A stretch of 64,000 nt of DNA. Origin: a virus. Every line of letters starts with the position of its first letter. Position 1 is the first letter of the stretch. Both the position numbers and the translations under genes were made by a program. The notes under the pieces were generated by a model that did no database searches, had not been told where the DNA came from, and saw only the letters and a list, made by a program, of their open reading frames with translations. This document shows, piece after piece, positions 10,125-20,174 of the stretch. The stretch is from positions 7,199 to 71,198 of IMG/VR virus record IMGVR_UViG_3300047392_000164, one strand, 5' to 3'.

Positions 10125-10637
10125 ATGAACAAGCAATTTACGCCTCAATCTTGGCAAGCTCTCGGTCAATTCAAAGATATTGAAAAATTCTTTGTTGGCA
10201 TCGACGAACAATTTATGCGTCTGCAGAAAATGCATGATGATGTAACCAAGAACATCCCCAACTATCCTCCATACAATATCCGCAAGACCGGAGATAACAC
10301 TTACACTGTCGAACTAGCAGTCGCTGGCTTTGGACAGAGTGAGATTGATATCGAAATCGACGGCGGTAAACTTATTATTCGTGGTAACGTCTCAGCTGAG
10401 AATGATGCTAACGATTATTTGTTTAAAGGTATTGCCAATCGCGCATTCACTCGTTCCTTTGCACTTGACGATCAAGTCGAAGTTAAAGACGCTGAACTTT
10501 TCAATGGTATGCTAAAGATTGCTTTAGAGCGTCTAGTACCAGAAGAAAAGAAGTCTAAGAAAGTACCTGTGAAGACTAAAGGTGAAAAGCAATTTCTAAC
10601 AGAGGAAGAAAAAGATGAAATTCGTTCAAAGTTTTAA
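10125..10637 (+). CDS. Small heat shock protein Hsp20 (IbpA-like)
   Basis: YPPYNI, ELAVAGF, GIANRAFTRSF, NGML.I.L. Confidence 0.95.
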   Translation: MNKQFTPQSWQALGQFKDIEKFFVGIDEQFMRLQKMHDDVTKNIPNYPPYNIRKTGDNTYTVELAVAGFGQSEIDIEIDGGKLIIRGNVSAENDANDYLFKGIANRAFTRSFALDDQVEVKDAELFNGMLKIALERLVPEEKKSKKVPVKTKGEKQFLTEEEKDEIRSKF

Positions 10638-10703
10638 TCGCCTATTGAGTAAGCTTTTAGCTTCCCTTGCTGAATTCAAAGAATATAAAGTGGGGAAAGT
10701 GAA

Positions 10704-10844
10704 ATGAAAGAATTTTGGGATTGGGTCTTTAAGACCTTTACGGTTGACTATCAAAAAGAAATCGAAGATTATCTTGCTGATTGCACAAACCACGCTGACC
10801 TCGAACATCGCATGAAACGTCTTATGCGCAGAGGTATGATTTAA
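10704..10844 (+). CDS. Small DUF3563-like protein (46 aa)
   Basis: EDYLADCTNHADLEHRMKRL pattern; not in the track. Confidence 0.6.
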   Translation: MKEFWDWVFKTFTVDYQKEIEDYLADCTNHADLEHRMKRLMRRGMI

Positions 10845-10858
10845 TACGGAGATTTATT

Positions 10859-11167
10859 ATGACAGTAAAAGTGTATAGACTTATCAGTGGTGAAGATATT
10901 ATTGCAAGTGTTGAGGTAACTCATCACGGCTATGAGTTCAGTAACCCTGCACAAGTAGTGATGCAACAAACACAAGATGGAAGAGTCGGTGCAGCTTTTG
11001 CTCCATTTGCTCCATACGCAAAAGATGGCAAGGTTCTAATCTACAAAGATTTTGTAGCAGGTGAAATGGAACTTGACATTAAGATGATCAACGAATATAA
11101 TCGAATCTTTGGATCTGGAATCGTAATCGCAGCAGCAGACGAGATTCCACAATCTATTATTCAATAA
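10859..11167 (+). CDS. Conserved T4-like hypothetical protein (Sm-like)
   Basis: RLISGEDIIA...YNRIFGSGIV; precedes g43. Confidence 0.7.
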   Translation: MTVKVYRLISGEDIIASVEVTHHGYEFSNPAQVVMQQTQDGRVGAAFAPFAPYAKDGKVLIYKDFVAGEMELDIKMINEYNRIFGSGIVIAAADEIPQSIIQ

Positions 11168-11170
11168 CGG

Positions 11171-11220
11171 TGTACATCTAATCATAAACAGGATATAATT
11201 ACTATATCCTGTTTTTGTTT
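11171..11220 (+). promoter_or_regulatory. Early-type promoter overlapped by a terminator hairpin
   Basis: TGTACA-17-TATAAT; AAACAGGATATA/TATATCCTGTTT followed by Ts. Confidence 0.7.
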
Positions 11221-11225
11221 GCGCT

Positions 11226-13739
11226 ATGAAATTCTATACTAACATTTCCCGTTATGGTAACAACCTCTTATACCGAGGCTACCAAGATGGACGACGAATC
11301 AAAAAGAAGGTTCCATTCAAACCTACCTTCTACGTGAAAGGCAAAGGCCAATCCAAGTTCACAGCACTTGATGGCACTAATGTCGATCCTATTAAAATGG
11401 ACTCAATGCGTGATGCAAAAGAGTTTATTGAAAAATACAAAGATGTCGAAAACTTCAACATCTATGGCAACACTAACTACATCGCACAATACATCGCCGA
11501 AGAATTTCCTGGCGAAATCAAGTTCGATCGTAACAAAATCCGCATTCACAACATCGATATTGAAGTTGCTTCGAATGAAGGATTCCCAGAACCAGACGAA
11601 GCTAAGCATCCAGTAATCTCCATTGCAATTTTGGATAGTGTGCTTGATACGTATTTCGTATGGGCACTCGGTGACTATGATGTAAGCAAATCAATCATGA
11701 AAACAAAGCAAGTTCGCTACATGAAATGTGTAGATGAAGCTGCATTGTTGCGCGAGCTTGTTAAGTTCTGGCATGAAGAACACACTTGTCCCGATGCACT
11801 CACAGGTTGGAACATTCGTACATTTGATATTCCATATCTCGTAAACCGAATTGGTCGTATCCTTGGTGAAGATGAAGTTAAGAAGCTATCTCCTTGGGGA
11901 CTCGTTGAAGAACGTATGGTCACCATGAAGAAAGGAATGGTTCAAATCTATGACCTCATCGGTATCGCTCAAGTCGATTACATGGACATCTTCCAAAAGT
12001 TTGGTTACTCCTTTGGCCCACAAGAATCGTATCGTTTGGATCACATTGCTTGGGTTGTTCTAGGTGAACGTAAGCTTGACTATGATGGTACACTCCATAC
12101 GCTTTACCAAACAGATCACCAAAAGTTTATTGATTACAACATTAAGGACGTTGACTTAGTTGATCAGATGGAAGACAAGATCGCTATGATTACGTTGACC
12201 ATGACTATGGCTTATAAAGCTGGTGTCAACTATGCTGATACGATGGGAACTGTGGGCATCTGGGATTCTCTCATCCACAAAACTCTGCTTGAACAGAACA
12301 TCATTGTACCTCCTAACAAAGATAGTTGGAAGAATGACTATGAAGGTGGCTACGTAAAAGAACCTCAGTGCGGTGTCCATGATTGGGTTGCATCCTTTGA
12401 CGTTAACTCACTCTATCCTAACATCATTGTGCAATGGAACATGAGTCCAGAAACAATTATGAAAGGCGTGGTTGAACCAGGAATTACTGTAGACAAAATG
12501 CTTGCGGGTTATAAGAACACTCGTGATATGTCTATGGCTGCAACTGGCCAATACTTCTCTAATGAAAAACAAGGCTTCATGCCAAAGATCATTGAAGAAA
12601 TGTACAACGAACGTGTTATCATTAAGAAGAAAATGCTCGATTCAAAGAAAGAACTCGAAGCATGTGATAAGAGTAACAAAGCTGAAGTGTATCGTATTGA
12701 ACGTGACATTGCTCACTTTGAAAACCAACAGACTGCGATTAAGATTCTTTTGAACTCACTTTATGGTGCTCTTGGCAATAAGTACTTCCGTTACTTCACG
12801 ATGGAAATCGCTGAAGGTATCACCATCACAGGTCAGTTCATTATTAAGTGGGCAGAAAAGCATGTGAATGGTTTCCTAAACAAAACTCTAAACACTAATA
12901 AAGACTATGTTATTGCTATTGATACTGACTCTGTGTACGCTGGCTTGGGTGATCTTGTCAACACTGTCATTCCTGATGGAACCACAGAAAAGAAAGTCGA
13001 CTTCCTCGACAAAGTTTGCGCCAAGATCGAGAAGGATGTTCTTGATGTTGCGTTCAAAGAACTAAAAGAAAGCTGTAACGCCTATAAGCAGCGTATCAGT
13101 ATGAAGCGTGAAGGTATTGCTGATCGTGGTATTTGGACTGCAAAGAAACGATATATTCTAAACGTATGGGATAATGAAGGAGTTCGCTATGCTAAACCAA
13201 AGCTCAAGATCATGGGCATTGAGGCCATCAAGTCGTCTACTCCGGCGCCGTGTAGAGAGGCTTTTGAAGAACTTTTCCAGATTCTCATCAAGGGCACAGA
13301 GGAACAAACTCAACAATACATACAAAGCTTTAGGAATACCTTTGATGCTTTACCGGTCGAAAAGAAAGCCTTTCCGCGGGGCGTAAGCAACCTAAAGAAG
13401 TACATGGACAACAAGCTGATTTACAAGAAGGGTACACCTATCAATTCTCGTGCAGCAATCTTGTTTAACCATCTTCTCAAGCAACACGGGCTAGAGAATA
13501 AATATGAAGCTATCAAGGAAGGCGAAAAGATCAAGTACATTTACCTTGATCCGAAGAATCCTTTGCGAGAAGACGTCATTGCCTTCAGCGAAATTCTTCC
13601 ACCTGAATTTGGATTGCATCGTTATATTGACAACACTACTCAGTTCGAGAAGTCATTCCTAGATCCTGCTAAAATCATCTTAAATTCTATTGGATGGAAA
13701 GCAGAAGAGGAAGCTTCATTGGAGGACTTCTTTGGATAA
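11226..13739 (+). CDS. 43: Family B DNA polymerase gp43
   Basis: DIEV exonuclease motif, DVNSLYP, KILLNSLYGALG, IDTDS. Confidence 0.97.
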   Translation: MKFYTNISRYGNNLLYRGYQDGRRIKKKVPFKPTFYVKGKGQSKFTALDGTNVDPIKMDSMRDAKEFIEKYKDVENFNIYGNTNYIAQYIAEEFPGEIKFDRNKIRIHNIDIEVASNEGFPEPDEAKHPVISIAILDSVLDTYFVWALGDYDVSKSIMKTKQVRYMKCVDEAALLRELVKFWHEEHTCPDALTGWNIRTFDIPYLVNRIGRILGEDEVKKLSPWGLVEERMVTMKKGMVQIYDLIGIAQVDYMDIFQKFGYSFGPQESYRLDHIAWVVLGERKLDYDGTLHTLYQTDHQKFIDYNIKDVDLVDQMEDKIAMITLTMTMAYKAGVNYADTMGTVGIWDSLIHKTLLEQNIIVPPNKDSWKNDYEGGYVKEPQCGVHDWVASFDVNSLYPNIIVQWNMSPETIMKGVVEPGITVDKMLAGYKNTRDMSMAATGQYFSNEKQGFMPKIIEEMYNERVIIKKKMLDSKKELEACDKSNKAEVYRIERDIAHFENQQTAIKILLNSLYGALGNKYFRYFTMEIAEGITITGQFIIKWAEKHVNGFLNKTLNTNKDYVIAIDTDSVYAGLGDLVNTVIPDGTTEKKVDFLDKVCAKIEKDVLDVAFKELKESCNAYKQRISMKREGIADRGIWTAKKRYILNVWDNEGVRYAKPKLKIMGIEAIKSSTPAPCREAFEELFQILIKGTEEQTQQYIQSFRNTFDALPVEKKAFPRGVSNLKKYMDNKLIYKKGTPINSRAAILFNHLLKQHGLENKYEAIKEGEKIKYIYLDPKNPLREDVIAFSEILPPEFGLHRYIDNTTQFEKSFLDPAKIILNSIGWKAEEEASLEDFFG

Positions 13740-14283
13740 TATTCGAATCATCAAAACCGGCATCAAAGTCGATAAGATATTGAATCAACTAAAGCAGTTC
13801 GCTGAAGACTGGGGCGCAGCTCGTAATATTGAAGGCGCTAAGAGTTGTATCGATGAACACGGATTCCCTGAGGTTGAAGCTGGTGTGCTTCAACTTATTA
13901 TGGGTGCAGTCACTAGCTTGGATCAGTATGTAGGCGACAGCGAGTTATGTAAGCCTACTCCTGCATACTATCATCACACCGAAATTATTCGATTTTTGAA
14001 AAGACATTTTCATGATCACAGCCGATGTGGATTCTTATCCCTGCCGGTTGGAGGAGTCGTTGGCAAACACATTGACGTAGGTAACTACTATCTAACACGT
14101 GATCGCTATCATCTTTCAATTCAAGGCACATATGAATACTCAGTCGGTGATGAATCTGTCATAGTTGAACCGGGCACTCTCTTGTGGTTTAATAACAAGC
14201 TTGAGCATGGTACTCGAAACATTGGAGATGACATCCGCATCACCTTTGTATTTGACGTTCCTCATGACAAGTCAAATCCTTGA
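13732..14283 (+). CDS. Asp/Asn beta-hydroxylase-like 2OG-Fe(II) oxygenase
   Basis: HID, WFNNKLEH, RITFVFD; TTG start after GGAGGA. Confidence 0.75.
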   Translation: MDNIRIIKTGIKVDKILNQLKQFAEDWGAARNIEGAKSCIDEHGFPEVEAGVLQLIMGAVTSLDQYVGDSELCKPTPAYYHHTEIIRFLKRHFHDHSRCGFLSLPVGGVVGKHIDVGNYYLTRDRYHLSIQGTYEYSVGDESVIVEPGTLLWFNNKLEHGTRNIGDDIRITFVFDVPHDKSNP

Positions 14284-14342
14284 TTGTCCTTTTATCATGC
14301 ACCGTGATATAATACTAATACTACGCATACAAGGAGCATACA

Positions 14343-15422
14343 ATGAGCTTACTAGATAAGATTAAGAAAAATACTACGATCAAAGACTCGGCAATTCTGT
14401 CCCAGTCAAAGTACTTCACCAAGAAGGACATGATTCAAACTGCAATCCCTGCCATGAACGTTGCACTAAGCGGCGAACTTGATGGTGGATTCGTCCCAGG
14501 CCTTACACTTTGGTGTGGTCCATCCAAACACTTCAAATCAATGTTTTCACTCATCATGGCAAAGTCCTACATGGACAAATATCCAGATGCAGTGATGGTA
14601 TTCTATGATTGTGAATTCGGTACTCCAACAGCGTACTTCTCATCCCTACAAATCGATACCAATCGTATTCTTCACGTTCCAGTTATGAACATGGAAGAAT
14701 TCAAGTTTGACGTAATCAAACAACTTGAAAACTTGGATCGTGGCGATCGTGTTATCTTCGTCGTAGACTCATTGGGCAACATGTCTTCTAAGAAAGAAAT
14801 GGAAGATGCTATCGAAGGTAAGTCTGTACAAGATATGTCTCGTGCAAAGCAGATGAAGTCTATCTTCCGCATGATTACTCCTTACTTAAACCGCCTTGAC
14901 ATTCCAATGGTAGCTGTTAACCACATCTACATGGAACAAGGTTTGTATCCAAAAGCAATTGTTTCCGGCGGCACTGGTGTTTACTTGTCTGCTGATAACA
15001 TTTTCATCTTGGGACGTCAACAAGAAAAAGAAGGTACTGACATCATTGGTTATAACTTCATTATCAACGTTGAAAAATCACGTTATGTTCGTGAAAAATC
15101 TAAGATTCCAGTTTGTGTTAAGTACGAAGGCGGCCTAAGCAAATGGTCTGGTCTACTTGACATGGGACTTGAATCTGGTCACATCATTAAGCCAAGCAAT
15201 GGTTGGTACTCTAAAGTCGATAAGACAACTGGCGAAGTCGATGAAAAGAAGTATCGTTTGAAAGACACAGAAACCAAAGAGTTCTGGGGTCCTATCTTGA
15301 TGGATGCTACATTCCGCGACTGGGTCAAGGAACGCTATCAAGTTGCTCATGGTGATATGATCAGTGATCATGAAATCCTTGAAGAAATGGAAGCATATGA
15401 AGACGAAGCTGCGTCCGCATAA
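14343..15422 (+). CDS. uvsX: RecA-like recombinase UvsX
   Basis: GPSKHFKS, DSLGNM, GGTG..SAD. Confidence 0.95.
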   Translation: MSLLDKIKKNTTIKDSAILSQSKYFTKKDMIQTAIPAMNVALSGELDGGFVPGLTLWCGPSKHFKSMFSLIMAKSYMDKYPDAVMVFYDCEFGTPTAYFSSLQIDTNRILHVPVMNMEEFKFDVIKQLENLDRGDRVIFVVDSLGNMSSKKEMEDAIEGKSVQDMSRAKQMKSIFRMITPYLNRLDIPMVAVNHIYMEQGLYPKAIVSGGTGVYLSADNIFILGRQQEKEGTDIIGYNFIINVEKSRYVREKSKIPVCVKYEGGLSKWSGLLDMGLESGHIIKPSNGWYSKVDKTTGEVDEKKYRLKDTETKEFWGPILMDATFRDWVKERYQVAHGDMISDHEILEEMEAYEDEAASA

Positions 15423-15756
15423 GGTACTAGGCAAAACGACTATCGAGGGTGATCTACATGCCCTCGCTTTCTCTGAAGGTCCATTTGCTGATATCGTTTT
15501 CTCTTATACTAACATCAGCTTTGATGAAGATACGGAGAATGATCAGTTGAAACTTGGTTATGAATACTACATTCATCAAACTCCACCACACAGATTGGGT
15601 TTTGATAAAGAAGCTTTTGAAAAGGAACTCGGAGATTTTGCAGTAGAGTTACTCTACTACGGATTGGAACGGGACCATCTAGGATACGTTAATGACAGCA
15701 CGACTCGAGAAGACGATACTCTCAAACTTAATTCACCAGGAGGAGTACTGCCGTAA
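15397..15756 (+). CDS. Hypothetical protein at the gp40 position
   Basis: Lies between uvsX and g41. Confidence 0.55.
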   Translation: MKTKLRPHKVLGKTTIEGDLHALAFSEGPFADIVFSYTNISFDEDTENDQLKLGYEYYIHQTPPHRLGFDKEAFEKELGDFAVELLYYGLERDHLGYVNDSTTREDDTLKLNSPGGVLP

Positions 15757-17080
15757 GGTTGTACCCTTCATCAAACCAGAATACTTCAGCGATCAGTTCG
15801 AAAGACTTGTTGCTGAAGAACTTCTGTCTTTCTTTACGCAGTATAACAAGCCTGCGTCACTAGACATCCTTGCAATTCAGATCGGTAAGCGTAAGCTTCA
15901 TCCTGATCAAATTGATGGAATCGAAAAATACATCAACACTCTTGACTTTAAGACTGAGAATGAAGACTGGTTGCTAAGTAATACTGAAAGCTTTTGTAAG
16001 AAGCAAGCAGTTTACAACGCAATCATTGATTCATTTGAAATCATTGAAGGTAAGAATGGAACACTAACAGAAGATGCTATTCCATCTCTTCTGTCGGATG
16101 CTCTTGCTGTGTCATTTGATTCTTCAATCGGTCACGATTATCTTGAACAGTTTGCAGATCGTTACGAATTCTATAATCGCAAAGAAGAAAAGCTTGAGTT
16201 TGATCTTGAGCTATTCAACAAGATTACAAAGGGTGGTCTACCACGTAAGACATTGAACATGATTCTTGCCGGCACTGGTGTTGGTAAGTCTCTATTCATG
16301 TGTCACTATGCAGCATCTATTCTTATGCAAGGTAAGAACGTGTTGTATATCACATTGGAAATGGCTGAGGAGCGTATCGCTGAACGTATCGATGCAAACC
16401 TTTTGAACATGACAATGGAAGAATTGAGTAAGGTTACTCAAGACATTTACGAAACACGAATCGGTAAGCTTATTAAGAAGACTGCCGGTAAGTTGATTGT
16501 GAAGGAATACCCAACAGCATCTGCCCATGCCGGTCACTTTAAGTCTTTGCTTGAAGAACTGAAGATGAAACGAAACTTTAAGCCAGATGCAATCGTCATT
16601 GACTATTTGAATATCTGCTCATCATCGAGAATGAAACATGGTGCTGGTGTTAACTCCTACACTTATATTAAGTCTATCGCAGAAGAACTTCGAGGTCTTG
16701 CTGTTGAGTATAACGTACCTGTTCTAAGCGCAACGCAAACAACCCGAGGTGGATATGACAACACTGACGTGGACCTTACTGATACTTCTGAGTCTTTCGG
16801 CTTACCTGCTACTGTGGACTTCATGTTCGCACTCATATCTACCGAGGAGTTGGAAAACCTCAACCAGATCATGGTCAAACAACTTAAGAATCGTTACAAC
16901 GATCCTTCTTATTATAAACGTTTTGTCATTGGCGTGGATCGTGCTAGGATGAAACTGTATGATGTTGAAGATAATGCTCAATCAAACATTGCAGATTCCG
17001 GACAAGATAGCGGACCAGTATTTGATAAAGGTGACTTCGGCAAAAGGATGAAACAGGCTGGCGATGGGTTTACATTTTAA
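15692..17080 (+). CDS. 41: Replicative helicase gp41
   Basis: AGTGVGKS, LEMAEE, DYLNI, SESFGLP. Confidence 0.95.
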   Translation: MTARLEKTILSNLIHQEEYCRKVVPFIKPEYFSDQFERLVAEELLSFFTQYNKPASLDILAIQIGKRKLHPDQIDGIEKYINTLDFKTENEDWLLSNTESFCKKQAVYNAIIDSFEIIEGKNGTLTEDAIPSLLSDALAVSFDSSIGHDYLEQFADRYEFYNRKEEKLEFDLELFNKITKGGLPRKTLNMILAGTGVGKSLFMCHYAASILMQGKNVLYITLEMAEERIAERIDANLLNMTMEELSKVTQDIYETRIGKLIKKTAGKLIVKEYPTASAHAGHFKSLLEELKMKRNFKPDAIVIDYLNICSSSRMKHGAGVNSYTYIKSIAEELRGLAVEYNVPVLSATQTTRGGYDNTDVDLTDTSESFGLPATVDFMFALISTEELENLNQIMVKQLKNRYNDPSYYKRFVIGVDRARMKLYDVEDNAQSNIADSGQDSGPVFDKGDFGKRMKQAGDGFTF

Positions 17081-17117
17081 ACGTGAATGTGTTATAATTT
17101 AATTTTGGAGAATAATA

Positions 17118-17567
17118 ATGAGTGATTTTGTAAACAGCAAATGGTGTCGCGATATCTCGGATATGCACACCAAGTTTGGCGTCAATAAAGTATTGCGTCA
17201 ATTGGATGGCGATAAACTTGAGGCATTCCTTAAGTTTCGTATTGACTTCCTGCAAGAAGAACTAGATGAAATGCGCGATGCTTTGGTTGACTATCAAGCC
17301 GGTAAAGTTGAAGGCGTGAAAGCAGCTGACGATACAGTTGATGCATTGATTGATTTGTGTGTTGTTGCTATTGGCACACTAGATGCTTTTGATGTTAATT
17401 CAGATGAAGCATGGAATCGTGTACATCGTGCAAATATGACCAAGGAAGTTGGCATTAAAGCTTCACGTCCAAATCCATTGGGTCTTCCAGATCTTATCAA
17501 GCCAGAAGGTTGGACTGCTCCAACTCATGCTGATAACATTGGCGCCTTGGCAAAGGTGTTTAAGTAA
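17118..17567 (+). CDS. MazG-like NTP pyrophosphohydrolase (possible dCTPase)
   Basis: LQEELDE, DALIDL, VHRANM.K, KPEGW. Confidence 0.75.
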   Translation: MSDFVNSKWCRDISDMHTKFGVNKVLRQLDGDKLEAFLKFRIDFLQEELDEMRDALVDYQAGKVEGVKAADDTVDALIDLCVVAIGTLDAFDVNSDEAWNRVHRANMTKEVGIKASRPNPLGLPDLIKPEGWTAPTHADNIGALAKVFK

Positions 17568-18532
17568 TGCCATCCCTCACCGTCTTTAAGTCTATCTTTG
17601 ACAATAAGACAGATACACGAGTTGACTTCGATACATTCGAACAATTTGAGAAGTCTCTCTATCATCTGTCTACGCTGAAGGGTTATAAGGCTAAGCGCGG
17701 TGAGTTTACTAATAAAGCTTCACCGCTTATTTCACCGGCAGTTTACAAGCCCGATACTACTCGGGCTAATGCCAATGTAATTGAATGGGCAGGCTGGGCC
17801 GCTCTTGATGTTGATAACGCCACCTATGATGGAGATCTTGAAAGTGAATTGGCTCGTTTATATCCTACCACTTATTTCATTTGCTATTCTACTGCTAGCA
17901 GTACAAGGGATGCGCCAAAGTTCCGTCTCGTATTTCCACTTACGCGATCTGTTGGGGAAGGGGAAATCCGACACTTTTGGTTTGCACTCAACAATGAATT
18001 TGGCATGGTGGGAGATGGACAGACTAAAGACTTATCTCGAATGTATTACGTTCCTGCGATATATCCTAATGCTCATAATTTTATCTTCACTCATCGCGGT
18101 GATTATCTCGACGTTGATGCTCTTCTAAGAAAGCACGAATTCGCAGCTCCTTCTACTTCATCAAACTTTATTGATAGACTGCCTCCTGAAATTCAGAAAG
18201 AAGTTATCAAGCATCGTCAACAGAAGTTAGAAGAAACTAAGAAGGACATTCGTTGGACATCCTATAGTGATTGTCCATTCGTCAATCGTAAGCTGATTAG
18301 TGACTATAAACAAATCTCTGGCACTGATGGTTCAGGTCGTTACTCAATGATCTATAAAATCATGACATCAATTGCATGTAATGCCGTGAAGTCTAAGTAT
18401 CCTATCACAGAATACGAGATCGTTGACATTGTTCGTAGCCTTGATCGAGAGACATCAAACCGATACGCAAAGAGGCCTCTAAACGTTGAGGCATCTCGTG
18501 CCATCGAGTTTGCTTACAAGAATGCTTTGTAA
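17567..18532 (+). CDS. Primase-polymerase (AEP)-like protein
   Basis: ALDVD, YSTAS, KFRLVFPL, D.SRMYYVP. Confidence 0.65.
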   Translation: MPSLTVFKSIFDNKTDTRVDFDTFEQFEKSLYHLSTLKGYKAKRGEFTNKASPLISPAVYKPDTTRANANVIEWAGWAALDVDNATYDGDLESELARLYPTTYFICYSTASSTRDAPKFRLVFPLTRSVGEGEIRHFWFALNNEFGMVGDGQTKDLSRMYYVPAIYPNAHNFIFTHRGDYLDVDALLRKHEFAAPSTSSNFIDRLPPEIQKEVIKHRQQKLEETKKDIRWTSYSDCPFVNRKLISDYKQISGTDGSGRYSMIYKIMTSIACNAVKSKYPITEYEIVDIVRSLDRETSNRYAKRPLNVEASRAIEFAYKNAL

Positions 18533-18547
18533 TACAAAAGTATACAG

Positions 18548-18576
18548 TTTACAATAAATCATTTTTGTGGTATAAT
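18548..18576 (+). promoter_or_regulatory. Early-type promoter
   Basis: TTTACA-17-TATAAT; shares the 18-mer CAAAAGTATACAGTTTAC with the promoter at 2100. Confidence 0.75.
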
Positions 18577-18604
18577 AGATCTATCTTCGGTACAAGGAAT
18601 AGCT

Positions 18605-18823
18605 ATGAATGACCACGATCGTAACAATTTTAAATACATCATGTCACTTGACGAAAAGCAATTCGATAAGTGGTATGCTTCTATCTCTGAAGATGATGTC
18701 GACTATGCGTTGGAACTCATGAAGCAAGCTCGTCTTGAGTTGGATGTGAAAACGCATGAAGTGTTTGACGAAGTTATGAACACTTCACTTGCTCAAAAAG
18801 CTTTGAAGAAATTCATGCTATGA
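18605..18823 (+). CDS. Hypothetical protein
   Basis: AGGA SD; resembles 52271..52486. Confidence 0.7.
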   Translation: MNDHDRNNFKYIMSLDEKQFDKWYASISEDDVDYALELMKQARLELDVKTHEVFDEVMNTSLAQKALKKFML

Positions 18824-19314
18824 AAGAAGACTACTTCAAACAAGTTCTACGTAAAGCTGAACACATTGGTGCTTTTACTTTAGATAAAGTGAATAGAAAG
18901 CTTGAATTCAAAAGCATTCATAAAACAAAAGCATTCACTGAGATTGGCGATCTAGTGTACTTTTTCATTCATAAAAAAGACATTCATAAAATTGGCGAAA
19001 CATCTTCTCAAAGTGGATTCTATTCTCGTAAAGCTGAATACACTAAAACAGCTGAGTATCAAGACAGCACCACATCTAAAATCATAAACTATATGATTAC
19101 TAATGACATTAAAGAATATGATGTCGTTGCTATTCGTATTCCACGAAAGACCGAAACTCTAGTTTCAGCTATTACCGGAAGTGTTCACACTAAAGATATA
19201 AGATTGACAAAAGACTACGAATCAATTTATATAAGTGAAGCATACATGTGTGGTTACACTTTACCTCTAAATCGAGAAGCAAATAAACATGACAAATCAA
19301 GAAATCCTCGGTGA
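18820..19314 (+). CDS. GIY-YIG nuclease, endonuclease II (DenA)-like
   Basis: LVYF..KIGET, DSTTSKII, YE..YI and LPLN parallel the T4 DenA motifs. Confidence 0.6.
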   Translation: MKEDYFKQVLRKAEHIGAFTLDKVNRKLEFKSIHKTKAFTEIGDLVYFFIHKKDIHKIGETSSQSGFYSRKAEYTKTAEYQDSTTSKIINYMITNDIKEYDVVAIRIPRKTETLVSAITGSVHTKDIRLTKDYESIYISEAYMCGYTLPLNREANKHDKSRNPR

Positions 19315-19717
19315 CATTGGCGAAATCTGGTATCACGCTCACTTTGGTGGCGTACCATCGACTGACAAGTATGATAGCGACAAAGATCACACTGATGAAG
19401 ATGGTCGTGAAGTTGAGATCAAAACTCAAAGCCGTCATCCTTATGGATGCTTCACAGTCAACACTGCGCATACAAATCAACTTAGAAAATGTCTAGAAGT
19501 AGATAGATTAATTTTTATTGAGTACAGTAAAAGTGATACAATTATAGTACATGAATGTACTGATCGTACGTACTATACAACCACTACTGCAGATGGTCGC
19601 CGCATGGCTTGCTGGCCAATTGAAGATATGACAATCATTGCTAAGTGCAAGAACAAAAAGCTAGCAAACCTAATGCGCAATTTCTCTAACTCTAAAACCC
19701 TGAAATACTATGACTAA
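19289..19717 (+). CDS. PD-(D/E)xK nuclease-like protein
   Basis: LGDIGE...D...VEIKT. Confidence 0.55.
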   Translation: MTNQEILGDIGEIWYHAHFGGVPSTDKYDSDKDHTDEDGREVEIKTQSRHPYGCFTVNTAHTNQLRKCLEVDRLIFIEYSKSDTIIVHECTDRTYYTTTTADGRRMACWPIEDMTIIAKCKNKKLANLMRNFSNSKTLKYYD

Positions 19718-20174
19718 TTACACACGCAAATCAGCAAACATCCTCCTTGAAGCAGCTGAACTTCAAGAACGCAAAGGCCGTGATTATCAGAATCCTTTGA
19801 GTCGTGTACGTCAAGCAGATCACTATCCGCGTGGTGTCTATACCATCCTTGATACAATCAATGGTAAGATGCTACGCATGTACTCCGTTCTTGAAACGAT
19901 GGAACAAGGTGGTGCTATCAACTTTGAATCAGTTGAAGATTCCGCAATTGATATGATCAACTATGCTTCATTCCTTGTTGCATATATGCGTGGCGATATC
20001 GATGGCCAAGAACCTGGCAAAGATATCTTCAATCGTCGTGGCACTATGAATGAAGCATTGATCCCTTCCAACTTCAGACTTGAAGCTCCAATTAAACCTG
20101 AAACAAATCGTGGTCCATTCCCTGATGTTGTTGCACAAGAAACGTATGTACCTAAAGGAAGATTTGAGGAATGA
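19710..20174 (+). CDS. Nucleotide-modification-associated all-alpha protein (DUF1599/Nmad1-like)
   Basis: KGRDY, K..R, ESVEDSAIDMINY. Confidence 0.65.
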   Translation: MTNYTRKSANILLEAAELQERKGRDYQNPLSRVRQADHYPRGVYTILDTINGKMLRMYSVLETMEQGGAINFESVEDSAIDMINYASFLVAYMRGDIDGQEPGKDIFNRRGTMNEALIPSNFRLEAPIKPETNRGPFPDVVAQETYVPKGRFEE

